Under the pieces are notes generated by a model that saw only the letters and a list, made by a program, of their open reading frames with translations, was not told the DNA's origin and ran no database searches. Both the position numbers and the translations under genes were made by a program. Shown here one piece after another: positions 11,951 to 26,073 of a DNA stretch of 64,000 bases; within the stretch, counting starts at the first letter, position 1, and every line of letters begins with the position of its first letter. Source of the stretch: Octopus vulgaris (lineage: Eukaryota); the NCBI GenBank assembly GCA_951406725.2, contig OX597833.1, positions 37,138,001 through 37,202,000 on the forward strand, given 5' to 3'.

Positions 11951-13588
11951 ATTGAAGAAAAACATTGGTTTTCTGTGTTAGTTAACACTTACAAGTGTTT
12001 AATTTGTAATATTGATTTCATTATGAATGATAGATAATAAAAATAATTATGATTTTGCACATAAAATTATTATCATTGGTTTCATTTCACTCAATGTATT
12101 ACTGCTACGAATTTACAGGAAGTGTACTCATTGGATTACTGCAATATATAACTGGTACTTTAACACTTATGTTTCTGCCAACAAAAATGATTTCTAGCAT
12201 TGGTAATGAAACCACTAATTTATGGTGAAAGATTGTATGCAATTGAATTAACTCCACTGTATCATGTATTAGTGGGGCCTATTTTATTGACCCTGTAAGG
12301 ATGAAAGTCAAAGTTAGAATCCAAACACAACACAAAAGAATGTAATGAAATTCTACAAGACATTTTGTCCAGTACTATACCAGTTCTGTCCATAATAATT
12401 TCCACATAAAATGATAGAATGAATTCTCTATTCATTATCTGTTAATATTTAATATTGTTGTTGAAGATTTTCTTCATTGTAAATCATGAATTCTGACATA
12501 GCTGAGGTTATATGCTCTTCTATTTAAATGGAGAAACTTCAGTCTTTTCAAGATGAACTATAAAGCAGCTTTCAGGATTTGAACTTAGGAATGATAGGTA
12601 ATTGATAGAAGGTTCTTTTACTGCTTCATCTTCTTCGACAATAATTATAATAATTGTTTTCTCCAATGGTTGAAGATTGCAACCTTTACAGAGGAATATA
12701 GTTGATTGAATCAAACCTAATACATGCTGGTACTTATTTCATTGAACCTTGAGAAATGAAAAGCAAAGTCATCTCCTGCAGAATCTGAACTCGGGATGTA
12801 AAGGAATGTAACCAAAAAGTCTGGTCTACCATTTAATGATTATAATAATGATTACTTACATTAAGACAGGTTGCAATTTGTAGAAGAATAGAGTGATTTG
12901 ACTAATTTTTATCAACCCCAGAAGGTTGAGAAGCAAAGTCAACTCTGGTGGAATTTAAACATAGAACTGAACTAAATGCTAGAAGAAAAAAAAAAAAGTT
13001 CATTCTAGCCTCAGCTATTTCTGTCCTCCACTGCCCTATTAAATATAAGTTGATAATTTTTTTCTTATAGATGGTAAAAAATTTTATAGTGCTGTTTGTG
13101 GACTGACTAAAGTGTGTTTTGAAACTTTTCAAATCAGTATTTAGTTTAAAGGATGATGTTGAAACAAAACTTAATTTTTTTTTTTTTAAATTGAATGTTT
13201 TCTTATTTTTTATCAGGATTTAGTTAAATGTATTAATTTCCCTCCCTGAAAGGAATTTGCTCTATTGACAGTTGTTATTCTGTGTGGTGTACATTTTCTC
13301 AAACTATTTTCTGGTCTCCTTATTTGTCTTATTCTCCCTCTCTCTTCATTTCCTTTTCACTTATAGAACTGTGACCCACAACATTAGCATAGATATTAGT
13401 TAGGATGAGTTTCATTGGTTTAAAGTCTCACGCCATCTTTCCTTTGCATTAGCATCAGATTTAGGCCCTCTTACCCTGCAGATCTACAATGCTAATCTTT
13501 ATTTATTTATTTATTTATTTTATTTTTAGATACTACTAAGAACTACAATATACTGACTGTTTAGACATTAAATGCACTATTCAAGTAA

Positions 13589-13593
<5 letters not shown>

Positions 13594-13642
<49 letters not shown>

Positions 13643-13653
13643 GCATGCGCACG

Positions 13654-13723
<70 letters not shown>

Positions 13724-13742
13724 TACACATATACATATATAT
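13594..13742. repeat. (TA)n/(CA)n compound microsatellite
   Basis: Directly visible. Confidence 0.95.
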
Positions 13743-14029
13743 TTAATGTTTGATTAAGATTTTATTTTCACAATGCTTGTAGATATCATACTTGTAAATA
13801 TGGATTTTCTATAGTCTTATTTTGATTTTATTAAATTTTACTACTTGTATAGTTTTTTATGCTTTAAATTTAGTTATATATTTTCACAACCTTTTGAACA
13901 CTTGTTATCAAATTTAGTGTTAACATTGTTTCTTACTAATTACTAATGTTAGAATTATTAACTATGTATTTTTCAATGTATATATGGTAAATAAATTTTC
14001 TGATTGACAAATAAAAGAAACATGTGTGC

Positions 14030-14037
14030 CTGTGTTT

Positions 14038-14105
<68 letters not shown>
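14030..14105. repeat. (TG)n microsatellite
   Basis: Directly visible. Confidence 0.95.
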
Positions 14106-14107
<2 letters not shown>

Positions 14108-17079
14108 TTGTATTTATGTATATATTATTGTTATTAAATTGAAATATTTTTATAATTTTCTTCTTAAATTCAGAAATTTTTTTAAAATGTTGCAAATATA
14201 GTCTGTAATTAGCATGGATTAAAGTGAACATTTCTCTCATTTAATTATATCCTCTGAAATCCTGCTATTAGTCACTTGCTAGTTCAGTCTCAGATTAGTA
14301 CCTACACAAACTGCAGTCAATCAAACCACCCACTCTTACATTGCGCGCGCGTGCACACACACACACACACAACAGCCATTACAATATACAGTATGATCTG
14401 CTGGGAAACCATTTAAGGCTTTTTATGGTTATCCACTGCATGTAGAAAACAGTTGCATTCTTAAAATTATATAAATCTATAAAACACATCAGTCTTGTAT
14501 GACCAATTGCCTAGCTGCAGATCAACATTGTTTAATATAGCTAGGATCAAGCAACTGTTATTATTGTTGTTGTTATTATTATCATTATTATCATTATTAT
14601 TATTATTATTAAATAACAAATTAATAATTACATACATAGAAATTTTGATGAGATTATTTTTTGGATTTTCTTTAAATACTGGTATTGTTGCATCTAAATT
14701 GTGATTTGCTCTGAAGTTTTCACAGTATTCTATTATTTTGCAGTAGCATTGTTAAATTAAGGAATACCTTCATTATATTATATATCTTGTTTTTTTGAAG
14801 ATATTTCAGATGTACAACACTTAAAATGAATTTATAAATATATTAATCATTTTAATAAACATTATGTAAATTCACATGAGAGGGAGCAATTGTCCAAATC
14901 TTGACTAACTCTTCAAGCATTCAGCACCAATGTGTTTGTTTTAAGGCCCAGTTTTGATACAAATGATAAATCAACTAGTTCCATTAGCTTACATTTTACT
15001 TGTGCACCATCAGGCTAGTTCAGTTATGTCTTTTTTCTTTACCATTACCACAATTCTCTGAACCTGCTGAATATATACTATTCCCATGTATACACACTTG
15101 TTGCACCTGACTTTCATCTTCCTATCACCCCTAGTGTATCTTTCCCCCAAAATTCCACTCAAAACAGTCTTACCTTTCTCAAATTGTATCCATTTGGAAC
15201 TCTTCCTAACATGCCTACAGTTTATTGATTAACCCAACAATACAAGTTTATCTAAATTTGTTTACTACTTAACATTACAATTTCCCATTCTTTTAAAAAC
15301 CAAAATCAGTTTTGTTTTTTCCATGGCTTAAGTATCTAACCCTACTGTCATGTACTCAGGTATACAGTTATGGATTAGATCATAGAGATTTGCTGTTACT
15401 GACATTTGCATTTATACATTTATTACCAAAATTTCAAGTGAGACAAGTAAATTTTATGAAGTATTTTTCAAATGATTAGCATTTTGCATATTTTTCAGGA
15501 TTATATTTGCGAAGTCATCAATATCAGCTACATTTAATGTTAATTAAAATCATAAAAATATGAATGAAATTTTAGATATATATATTTATAATCTTACCAA
15601 TAATACTAAATGTTTGTTTCAATATATGTAGAATTTATCCATTTAAAATAAATTTTGTGGTCAATTTTACACTTCAAAACATTTATTTGCAAATTCTTTG
15701 CTTTCATGACAGTATCATATTTTCATTAAAAAAAAAAGTTCAGTATTTCCAGATACATATGATTTGTTTACCACCAGGTTTTATTTTCTCTTTTGCAACA
15801 AATTCACTTCTGTGCTTGTCACCTAACATATCATCTATCTTCATTAACATTTGAATGCAGTACAGGAGATCTTGATTCAATCAACTAAATTGAAATTGAA
15901 TTGTTCTTGTGATAAGGTAAAATATTTGGTTGTAACATTTCAATTCATTATCCTTTTGCAAATATATTATCCAATAAGTAATGCAAAAAACATTTTTATA
16001 AATACTAACAAAAAGAAAGTAAAGCACCTTTGCATATTGTTACTAGTCTCACATCACTTGAAATGCTCCTACTCTGAAGTTGAACAGATTTTCTTTGTGT
16101 GAAGCAAAAGTAACATACTTCACAAGGGATGTCCAATATAATCTCTGTTACCTTTGTTTCATTGTTGGAATTAATCAATTTAATCACTAAATGAATGAAT
16201 ATGCCAACTGAATCAGAACAACAAGCTGTCTCTCAATAAAACCATGCTGCATTGATATAACTAGAAGCTACACTGTCTACATTTCCTTTATCACTTTCTG
16301 TAATATGTACTTTTAGTATCAATATTTTTTAAGTCTAAAAATGTTCATGTTTCAATGTCTCTGACTTATAGTTTATTGTAGAACAATAAAATGGAACCTA
16401 TAAATTCTATTTAGCAGTCCTGTTGGTATCACTGTCAAAATGCCAATTTGACCAAAAGTTAATGGTTTGTACATGTCTTTTTTTTTAAAATAATGTTAAC
16501 ACTGCATAATAGGGAAGCTAACACCATCACAGTTTTCCTACCTATCTATTTATCATAGTAAAATTTGTATTTATGTTTTCTTTTCCTCTTTAAACACACT
16601 CTCTGAACTCAGAACATGTGTGTTTTTAACTGTTTGGAAAGCTTAAGAAGCTAAAGAAGGATTGAAAGTAAGACAGTCTAGTTTTAGAATTCTCTTTCCA
16701 AATATGCATCAATAGAACAATAGTATTAAATCAAAGTGGTTTAAAATTTAAGGCTTTTTTTTTTTTGTTTTATTTTGCCCACAGATCATAATGACATTTA
16801 TCTGCATAACATATCCTATTTAAAAAATGATTTTTGTAAAATATTTTGAATTATTACTTTGTAATTCAGGTACTATTTATGAACAAATCATTTCCTTTTT
16901 TCTTTTACATTAAAAATTACTTAAAAGTAACTGCATCATTTGTTCATAATCATAAAAAAAAAAAAAAATTATACTAAAAATTTATTGACATATGACGAGT
17001 TCATTTACAATGTGTTTGTACATAGAATTCCTTACTGAGATTAAATGTTAAATAATGTGAAGGATGAACATTATTGTAG

Positions 17080-17730
17080 AGCAGCGGAATGGCAGAATCA
17101 GTAAAACGTTGGGGAAAAAAGTCTTGAAGTATTTAGTTACGTCCCTTTACATTCTGTGTTCAAATCACACTTTTTCATCCATCTAGGATCAATAGAATAA
17201 ATTACGTGTACTAGAGGCAATTAAAAATCTACATTTCTTCTCCAAAATTTGTGGCTTTATATTTATGAAAAAATCATAATCATCATTATCATTATTATGG
17301 CAGCAAACTGGCAGACTTAGCAGTGCATCAAACTAAATGCTTAGCAGTATTTTTTCCAGCTCTTTGTGTTCTGAGTCAAATGTCACCAAGGTTAACTTTC
17401 CATCTTTTGAGATGGCTAAAATATGTACCAGTTGAGTATTGGGTTCTATGTAATCAACTAGCCCCTTCTCCCAAAATTTCAGGCATTGTGCCAGTAGTAG
17501 AAATTGTTATTATCTATTATTATTACATCAAACTGGCAGAATTGCCTTGTATTTTTTCCAGCTGTTTATGTTGTGGGTTCATATCCTGCTGAAATTGATT
17601 TTGCTTTGCATTGTTTCAGGGTTGATGAAATAAAGAACCTGTCGAATATTGAGGTTGATGTAATCGACTACCCCCCCCCCCCCTCCAACTCTTCCCCAAA
17701 ATTGTCGGCCTTATGCCTAAGTTAGAAACA
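17080..17730 (+). mobile_element. Three head-to-tail diverged Nin-domain SINE B units
   Basis: Repeated TGGCAGAA...GTTCAAAT...TTTCATC...GTACCAGTTGAGTA...CCAAAATT, separated by (ATT/ATC)n. Confidence 0.75.
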
Positions 17731-20669
17731 GTTACTTGTGTGAAGAGAAGGGAATCTCTCATCCAAATGATATTTTTATTAAAAAATATTTGCAATATTT
17801 TGTATTGTTCTGAAGAACTCTGCTTATTTTTATATTAACATTTTATCTTCATTTTTTAAATTCTTTTTTTTGTGAAATTGTCAAATGTTGAAAATGGAAA
17901 GTAAAATAGAATATGTTCATTTGATTAATATTTCTAGTTATTTGATCTTAATAACTTGTCACATAGTGTTATAGTTGAATAAAAGAGAATATTTAACAAA
18001 TCACAAAGCACTTTATCATACATTCCTCTTTTACTTAGATCATATCCCTTCATGAACACTTTTCTTTTTACCTTTGTACACCTGCTCTGGCTAAGGTTTT
18101 TTTAAAAGAAATTAATATAGATGGAGAGATAGATGGTTAGATGGGTGGATAAACAGATAGAGAGAGAGAGAGAGGGGGAGAGAAAGAAAGGAAGAATAAA
18201 GTGTGTGTATGTACAAAATGTATAGCAAAATTAGCAGAATAAAGCAGCAGACAATGAATAAGGCCATCAATGAAATTACATCAGCTGTAAAATCTCGATG
18301 AATCAAGATAGCTTTGTTGCTCGTAACTAGTATTAGCTACTGTTCCACAGTAGTCTGCCTACCAACTAGCTTAGCTCTGCTGTCTAGCTGCTAGGCGTTT
18401 AGATCAAATGTTCATGGTTTATAGTGATATCACCCTCTTTGTAAGCTGCCTAGCATGCATACACATTCAAACAGTTAACTAGCATATAAGACCTGGGAGG
18501 TAAATGAAATGATTGCAGTAGTTTTACATGCCAAAAGACCTATTTAATATCTTACTGAAAAAGTCTCACCATCTTAAATGTGAAATTACATAATTAGACA
18601 GTAGTAGCAGATGTGATAAAAATTTTGTATACTTATTATTTTAACATATAATATTAACATTCCTCTAATTGTTTTTTCTTTTTTACTACATCATTTAAGA
18701 ATACACACACACACACACTCACACATGCACACACGCACATAGCTTACCGTTTAGCCAGCAGCAAAATGTAGTTAACAATCACTTCGAATTTCAAAAATAT
18801 TTTTTGTTTTTTAGTCATCAGTGAATATTTAAAACTCCTAGTATTTATCTTCTGTTTTAAAGTAGACCCTTGAAGTTGATAGTAAATCCTTGAATATTTT
18901 TCCTTGAGTGTATCTTTTCTAAATTTCTATTCAGACGAGAACTACGCAAGCGCGCACACACAGACACACACTATCTCTATTTCCCTCCTCCTTCTACTCC
19001 TGTTTATCTAAGTTTATTCCTTCCTTTATTCTCTTTCTTATTCTTAGACACCAATTGACATGCTAGCACAGTTAAGTATAACAGAATGGCGGATTGGCTA
19101 TGAAGTAGAGTTAGCTTCTAGTCTACAGCAAGCTATAGCTGTGCGTGAAAATGTTTCACTCATTCTAATTCAAGCTGAATATGAAATGAGAATTGGCAAT
19201 ATATGTTACTGTGAGACCTACTTGTTGGACTTATCACACATACTCAGAAGAAATATATTTGTATAAATTACTTATACTAGCTCATCATGATTAACTAACC
19301 GGCATGTCTGCTACTTACATGGATATGATATACTTGCATTGTTTTTTGTTGATTACATCATATGTTTTTTTTTTATTCCTCAATGATATATGGCATACAA
19401 AACTTAATTATGGTATGAATAGTAATCAGTTTAACTATTTTTGAAAGCCTTATGTATTTTGTTTTATGCTTTATACTTTTAATTCTGTCAAAGGAGATTT
19501 GTTCTTTTTCAACAATACCAATGCCGGTAACTGGCTGCAGAAATTTGACTATGGCTTCCCCTTCCAAGAACTCTTTTCTAAGATGAGGTCAGATTAGTTA
19601 AACCTGTAAACTAGCCCGTGGCAAGGACTTAGGCAAAGTGGTCCCCGCAGATTGGGTTCACCAGACATGTTATGTATGACCTAATGGATTGTTACCTTGT
19701 AATCACTGCAGCAGCATCAGCTAACGAAAGGCCCTGTTGAATTATGCCTATAAAATTGTTGCCACTGTGTGGTAAGTAGCAGCTAAGCACAGCATTTGAC
19801 TACTAAAAAAGATGGAGGCGAGGCAGACTTAAATGTAAACCCATGACTGTCTGCATATTTAATTCTGTTTTGATAATGATCTATATTCTTTTACAGATTA
19901 CTCAATACCTTTTTTTGTTGCTTGTTTGAAATGACCTAATCATTGCCGATGTAACATTTTGTTGTGAAATTTATTGCATCGCTGTTTCATAATATCTCCA
20001 TCTCTTTTGCCATCTTCTCCCTTTTTGAATGTGAATCATTTACTGTATATTAGCTATCTTTTATGCCTCTTAATGATAATAATAGAACTCAATTCAGTTA
20101 CTTAGTCATGATATTTCATTTCTTACTGGGTAGGGTTTTTTAAAAAAAAATCTTTAATGAAATGGCATACCTCTTGTATGTTCCATTCTGAAAAATGTAT
20201 TATATTTGAATATTATTTTTGTTTTTAATATGGAAATAGCTTGTACTTGGTGCATTGATTTGTGGTACTTCCCTCCCTTTCTGTTAAAAACAGCTATAAA
20301 ATCCTTTGATGTATTTTTCAAATTGAAGTCATCTTATTTACTTATTATTACCACATGTAATTATTTTTTTCTGGTCTATTGTTGTATTTAATATATTGTT
20401 GAATATACCATGTGGTACAAAGATGGCGGGACAGATTCTTAATCTTTTTAGTGACCTGACATGAGGTACTCCTTTCATTTCTGTCGACGATGACTGTACA
20501 TCCTAAGAAATATAACATAGCGCATGCGTAGCTATATAGAAGCCGGTGACTGCGCAACCACATTGCCAAAATGTGGGCATAGTGTTTAATGTATGTAAAA
20601 TGAGACAGCGGGGTTCCCCTTCTCATGTACACGGAGTAATTATGCATGAGAGTGTGTCTGTCTGTTATA

Positions 20670-20738
20670 TATGTATATATATCTATATACACATATATAT
20701 ATATATACACATATATATATATATACATATATATATAC

Positions 20739-20774
<36 letters not shown>

Positions 20775-20778
20775 GTAT

Positions 20779-20813
<35 letters not shown>

Positions 20814-20825
20814 GACACGCACACA
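20670..20825. repeat. (TA)n/(CA)n compound microsatellite
   Basis: Directly visible. Confidence 0.95.
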
Positions 20826-21838
20826 CTTACAAGGTATAGGTAGTTTCCTCCTTCAGGTCACTTATCAGACCATGTCATTTTATTACAGAAAGAAGCAGGC
20901 GTCAGTTTTGTTTCTTTTTCACTGCTTAGTATTGCAATGGGAATAAGTCATTGAGGTCATGGGTAAGATCTTTACTATCTGGCATACTCTTTGCAACTCA
21001 CTAAAATTCCTGTCTGGGTCATGTGTGCTCTGCTGGCAGGTAAGGGCAACAACTTGCTTTTACTCTCTTCAGGTTTTATGAAACCAGTACAAAGCTCTTA
21101 AGTAATAGAACTATTACTTCATAGCCAAGTTGATTTTATACATATTTAATCAGAATTGAATGCTGTTTTTTGTTTCATTTTTTTTTCCTACATTATCTTT
21201 GAATATTAATCCAAGCGAGTTTTTTTCTTAAAAAGAAAAACAAAATGAAAAGCAATTTAAGTTAAAACAGAAGACTTTGGAAGCGAGGTGGGAATTAAAT
21301 TGATATTTGTAGAGCTGAAACAATGTAAAGTATGTACTTTATAGCAAGCAGACTTTTAAATGATTGCATAGAGGATTTAGTAGGTTAGTGTGCTAATTGA
21401 CAGATAGTTATAGTATTCAGCAAACTTTTAATTATTAATGACAAATTTCCTATGAGAATTTGTACTTATATTTCAACTTTATTTCTTCCATGTGGATTTC
21501 AGCACACAGAATATGTAGTCTTCTCAAAACTGGTAGGAGTGGTGTGGCAAAAACGCATGCGCATATACGACCTCTGTAGAACAACTGAATCGAGATATCT
21601 GCAACGATGGCTATGTAATAGGAAATTTAAAAGCTGTTCATTGGTGATGTATAATTCTAACTGATATTGTCTCACACTGCTTTTTTAACTACATGTAATA
21701 TTTATCGCTTATTAATTCTAGATTAATAAGGTTCTTTTTGCAGTAATTTATTTCTAATTATATTATGTGAAGCTCTACCGTGTGATTTTTCTTTTTACAA
21801 GATAAAAAAAAAAATCATAGTAGGTGGGTATGTTTGTG

Positions 21839-21876
<38 letters not shown>

Positions 21877-23149
21877 TATGCATATATATATATAACACAA
21901 ACATACAGTGTTATTATTTTTACTGAAACGACTTAATTTTTTAAAAAAGATTTCTTTGTTAGAAATTCTTTTATCGCTGGAGAAATCGAAAGAAAAATTT
22001 GCTTTACTTACATATAGCAAAGTGTCTTTTTCTTCTATTTATAATGCACTGAAATATAACCTACAGTAGTATAGAGTTTTCTTCATGGCAAGAAACACAT
22101 GCGCAATGAAAAACTCTAAATTATTGAAATTCGGTTTATATTAATTGGAAAATAGATATATAATACTTAAAACAAACTACTTGGTTAGTTTAATATCTGT
22201 ACATGTAGATGAAATAATTTTGAAGTAAATCATATCTGTTGCATTGGTTTGCTGAATTCAATATAACTTGATGAATAGTGCAAAATTCAACTTACAATAT
22301 TATTCGAATCTTAATTTTTACTTTTTATCTTTAAATTAAAATAAATCAATAAATATTTGATAATATTTAGTTGTAATTTTATTCTGAAATTATCACAAAT
22401 AGTTGAATTTTTGAAATCTAAATTGAACGAATCAACTGTATTTAAATTAAATGCTTCTTGCAACCGTTGCAATCTTCCCCTCTTTACTACTCATCCCCCT
22501 CCCTTTTCAACAGTTACATTAGGGCTGGATATATTTTTTAGTTACTTTATGAATTTCATTTTCCCCCAACTTAGAATTCAGTTTTGAATACTTTTCAGGA
22601 TTTTTTATCCTAATGAGATATATCTTACAAGTTTTAGTTTAGATAAAATTCATGTAAGGAAATAGTTTTCAAATAACATTTAGCAACTTTTTACTTTGTT
22701 TTACCTTGATCAAGTTAGTTTATTCCAGCATTTTTTTCTTTTACCAATAACTTTAGTGATATTTTGAAAAGTCTCTAATTTTGCTGTAAAGCATTTCCAG
22801 TAAAATGTAAAACAACTTTTAATCTTTCTTTAAACCAGATATCTTGTAAATTCATCATAACGTTAGTATAACTTCTCACAGAGGTTGAACGTGCATGCGT
22901 TCATTTTTACGCTTATCGTGCGCGGTGTGTGTGTAATAAACTTAGAAAATTAAGTGAACAACCAAGCTGCTGTCGTCGCAATTTAGATAAATAGTATACC
23001 AAAATAAGTAGTTACACATAGTCACAGATTTCTTGCAACAAATGCTGTGCCTGCTTCAATGCATCTTATCTTAGCTTTATCATTCTGCCTTCGTCAACGT
23101 GGTAGGAGTGGCCTGGTCGTAGTACATGCGCAATGCATGCAACTGCAGT

Positions 23150-23265
23150 TTTAAGCAGCCCCAGTGGTAACACCTATTTAGTGCATAATTTCTCTGAAAG
23201 GAAAAATACTCGCCATCTTGGACAGACTTGTATATTATGTATTCTTTTAAAGTGTTCAATGTAAG
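23150..23265 (+). other. Candidate non-coding first exon (5' end approximate)
   Basis: NRF1-like site at 23122, YY1 motif at 23211, then a strong donor AAG|GTAAGA at 23265/23266. Confidence 0.35.
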
Positions 23266-24697
23266 GTAAGATACTCTGTTACATACACGTAGAATTAATT
23301 TTCTGTTAAAATACATTCAACAATTTATTGTCGCCTTTGTCGTGATCGTCTAAGGAATCTGTTTAAATGTTAACATATATTTCAAACAAACCATTAAAAG
23401 AGTTGTTATACTGTATAGTACTTTATCTGTCTATTTGATTGCATATTTTTCTTCATAAAATTTAATCTTTTCTCAAATTGAACTTCAATTCTGTAGAGGT
23501 ATAACTATTTCTTTCATGCCTGTTGTCATTTTAATCACTTCAAAAAGTTTTCCATTTTAAACACTACTTTTTCTCTGTAATATATTCAATTCACATTAGT
23601 TATAAGTAGCTAATTGGCTACTGGCATTTTGATAGGAGTAGATTACAATTCTAGAATTAAATTTTTCTACATTTTCAGCAAATTTTTCAGTTAAAGAGTG
23701 GAAGGGATAATACTACTACTCTAAGTAGTGGTGTGATAAAAGCACATGCGCAGTTATTGTGATCACATTCTTTTAGTAGCTTTTGCAGTCATAGTTATAT
23801 TTCAGAACTTACATTTAATTATTTAGAGCGTTAACATTTCTTTTTAATGTATTGTCACAAATATACTTTAGCGTGATAAATTATCGAGAGACCTCTTGGT
23901 AACCCCTTCTTTGCCATGTCATATGATTGCGATTTAAATCGCATCAATATATCACTTTAAAGGATGTTGTAATACAAAGTAAAGACTTTCATTAAAGTAT
24001 ATCCAAATTATTCTGTGCAATAACTTAATTATACTCCTAACCAGCCCAATAGATTAAAATAAAATGAAGTCTTTTTCGAAAAGTGTTACATAGCGTTGTC
24101 TGATTTTAGAGTTAATTTTGAACAGCCACTAAACAGGATCTAAACATTTATATATATTTTACTAATTGGAAACCACTAGTATTTTCGTTCATACTAGAAC
24201 TTCTATATTTGTTCAAACATTTTCTATTATTCAATGTAATTCTACACTATGACACAGGTAGCAAGATATGTATAATCCATAGGCCATTAAGTTGTCTAGA
24301 GTGAGAGGCACATGACTTAAAGAAGCTTTATACCCTTCTATTATTACATACTCCAGTAACGAGGATATTTGGAAAGAATTATATAAAATCTTTTGATGCT
24401 GACTGGGTCCTTTTTATAGTACATTTTATCCTCCCTTGTTTCATAGCGTCGCTCTCTCTTTCTCTGTTTGTGTGTGTGTGTATATATATGTATATATCAA
24501 TCTAATGCATAACCAAAAGCACTACTAATAGTTTCACGCTATGTATATATGTGCGTGCATATGTAGTTAGTGTTGTTAACGCCATCTAGTATATAGGTTC
24601 CGTCTTCAAATTTTATTCTGAATTTGATGTTAAAAGTTTAATCAAAATCAAATTATTATTATTATATATGTGTATATGATGTATTGTATGTTTATTA

Positions 24698-24801
24698 TAC
24701 ATGCGCGCACACAAAAGTCCACATACACGCGCGCACACAAAAGTCCACATACATGCGCGCACGCAAAAGTCCACATACATGCGCGCACACAAAAGCCCAC
24801 A
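24698..24801. repeat. 26-bp minisatellite, 4 copies
   Basis: Unit TACATGCGCGCACACAAAAGTCCACA with single substitutions between copies. Confidence 0.95.
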
Positions 24802-25324
24802 TGCGTACACTGTACTTAGACAACATTTTTACACATGTGTATGCCTCCCACACATGTAGACATCTACCTTTACATACATACACTTATATATATATACTTG
24901 TATGTAGTCACACATTTATCTCTACGCAAGTGAATACGCATTAGTACACATCTGTTTGCATACACGCAAACATTTCTGAAACTAATTGCATTCAAAGATA
25001 CATATGCAAAATCATTTATATATATGCAAATTCTCATAACCATTCGCATGTACATACGCATGCATGCATACTTGCAGACATTTGCCTGTGCACATATTTT
25101 AAATATCTATTTCCAGTTATATATTTATTAAAGCTATGCATTTTTAATAAACTTGTGTAGGAATCACTAGTAAACTCTAATAGTAGCAAAACCAGTTGAT
25201 TCAGTCTCGAGGTTAGTGACAATGGGTTTAGCTTAACTCTTAAATAAAACATGATCCTCATAGAAAAGGAAATAATAAGGAAATAAGTTGTTGGGCGAAA
25301 CTAAATTCTTTCATTATTATTTTT

Positions 25325-25999
25325 AAAGTGTCGAACTGGCAGAACCATTAGCACACCAGACAAAATGCTTAGTGTCATTTTGTCTAATTTTACATGCTGT
25401 GTTCAAATTTCATCCATTTGCGGGTCGAAAAAATGAGTACCAATTGAACATTACGGTCAATGTAATTGACTAGCCCATCCCACAAAATTTCAGGCTTTGT
25501 ACATATAGTAGAAAGAATTATTATTATTATTATTAGAGTGGTGAGCTGGCAGACAAAATGCCTGGCAGCATTTCATCCATCTCTAGGAACTGGGTTCAAA
25601 TTCTGTTGAGGTTGACTTTGTTTTTCATCCTTTCAGGGTTGATAAAATGAATACCAGTCAAGCACTGGGATTGATGTAATTGACTGGCATCCTCCTCCAA
25701 AAATTCAGGCCTTGAAAGGATTATTATTGTCCATCCTGAGTTCAGCTGCCGCTGGGGTTGACTTAGCTTTCATCCTTTTGGGGTCGATGAAATAAGTTCC
25801 AGTTACACATTGCAATCAATGTAATCGACTAGTTCCCTCCTCCAAAATTTCAGGATTTGTGCCTTTAGTAGAAAGGATTATTATTATTTAAGACGTCGCA
25901 TAGTATTGAATATCGTGATGTTGATTAAAGATATTGTGTTTACCAGGGGTTTGTTACGTCTCTCAAGTCAAAACAAGGACCTTAGACAGTACTATTATT

Positions 26000-26073
<74 letters not shown>

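Larger units (their letters stand above)
20420..23760. promoter_or_regulatory. Cluster of NRF1/Ewg-like (CATGCG) and YY1-like motifs; candidate promoter/enhancer zone
   Basis: GCGCATGCGT 20520, ACGCATGCGCA 21553, ACACATGCGCA 22095, GTGCATGCGT 22891, GTACATGCGCA 23122, GCACATGCGCA 23742. AAGATGGCGG 20420 and CGCCATCTTG 23211. No SINEs in the interval. Confidence 0.5.
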
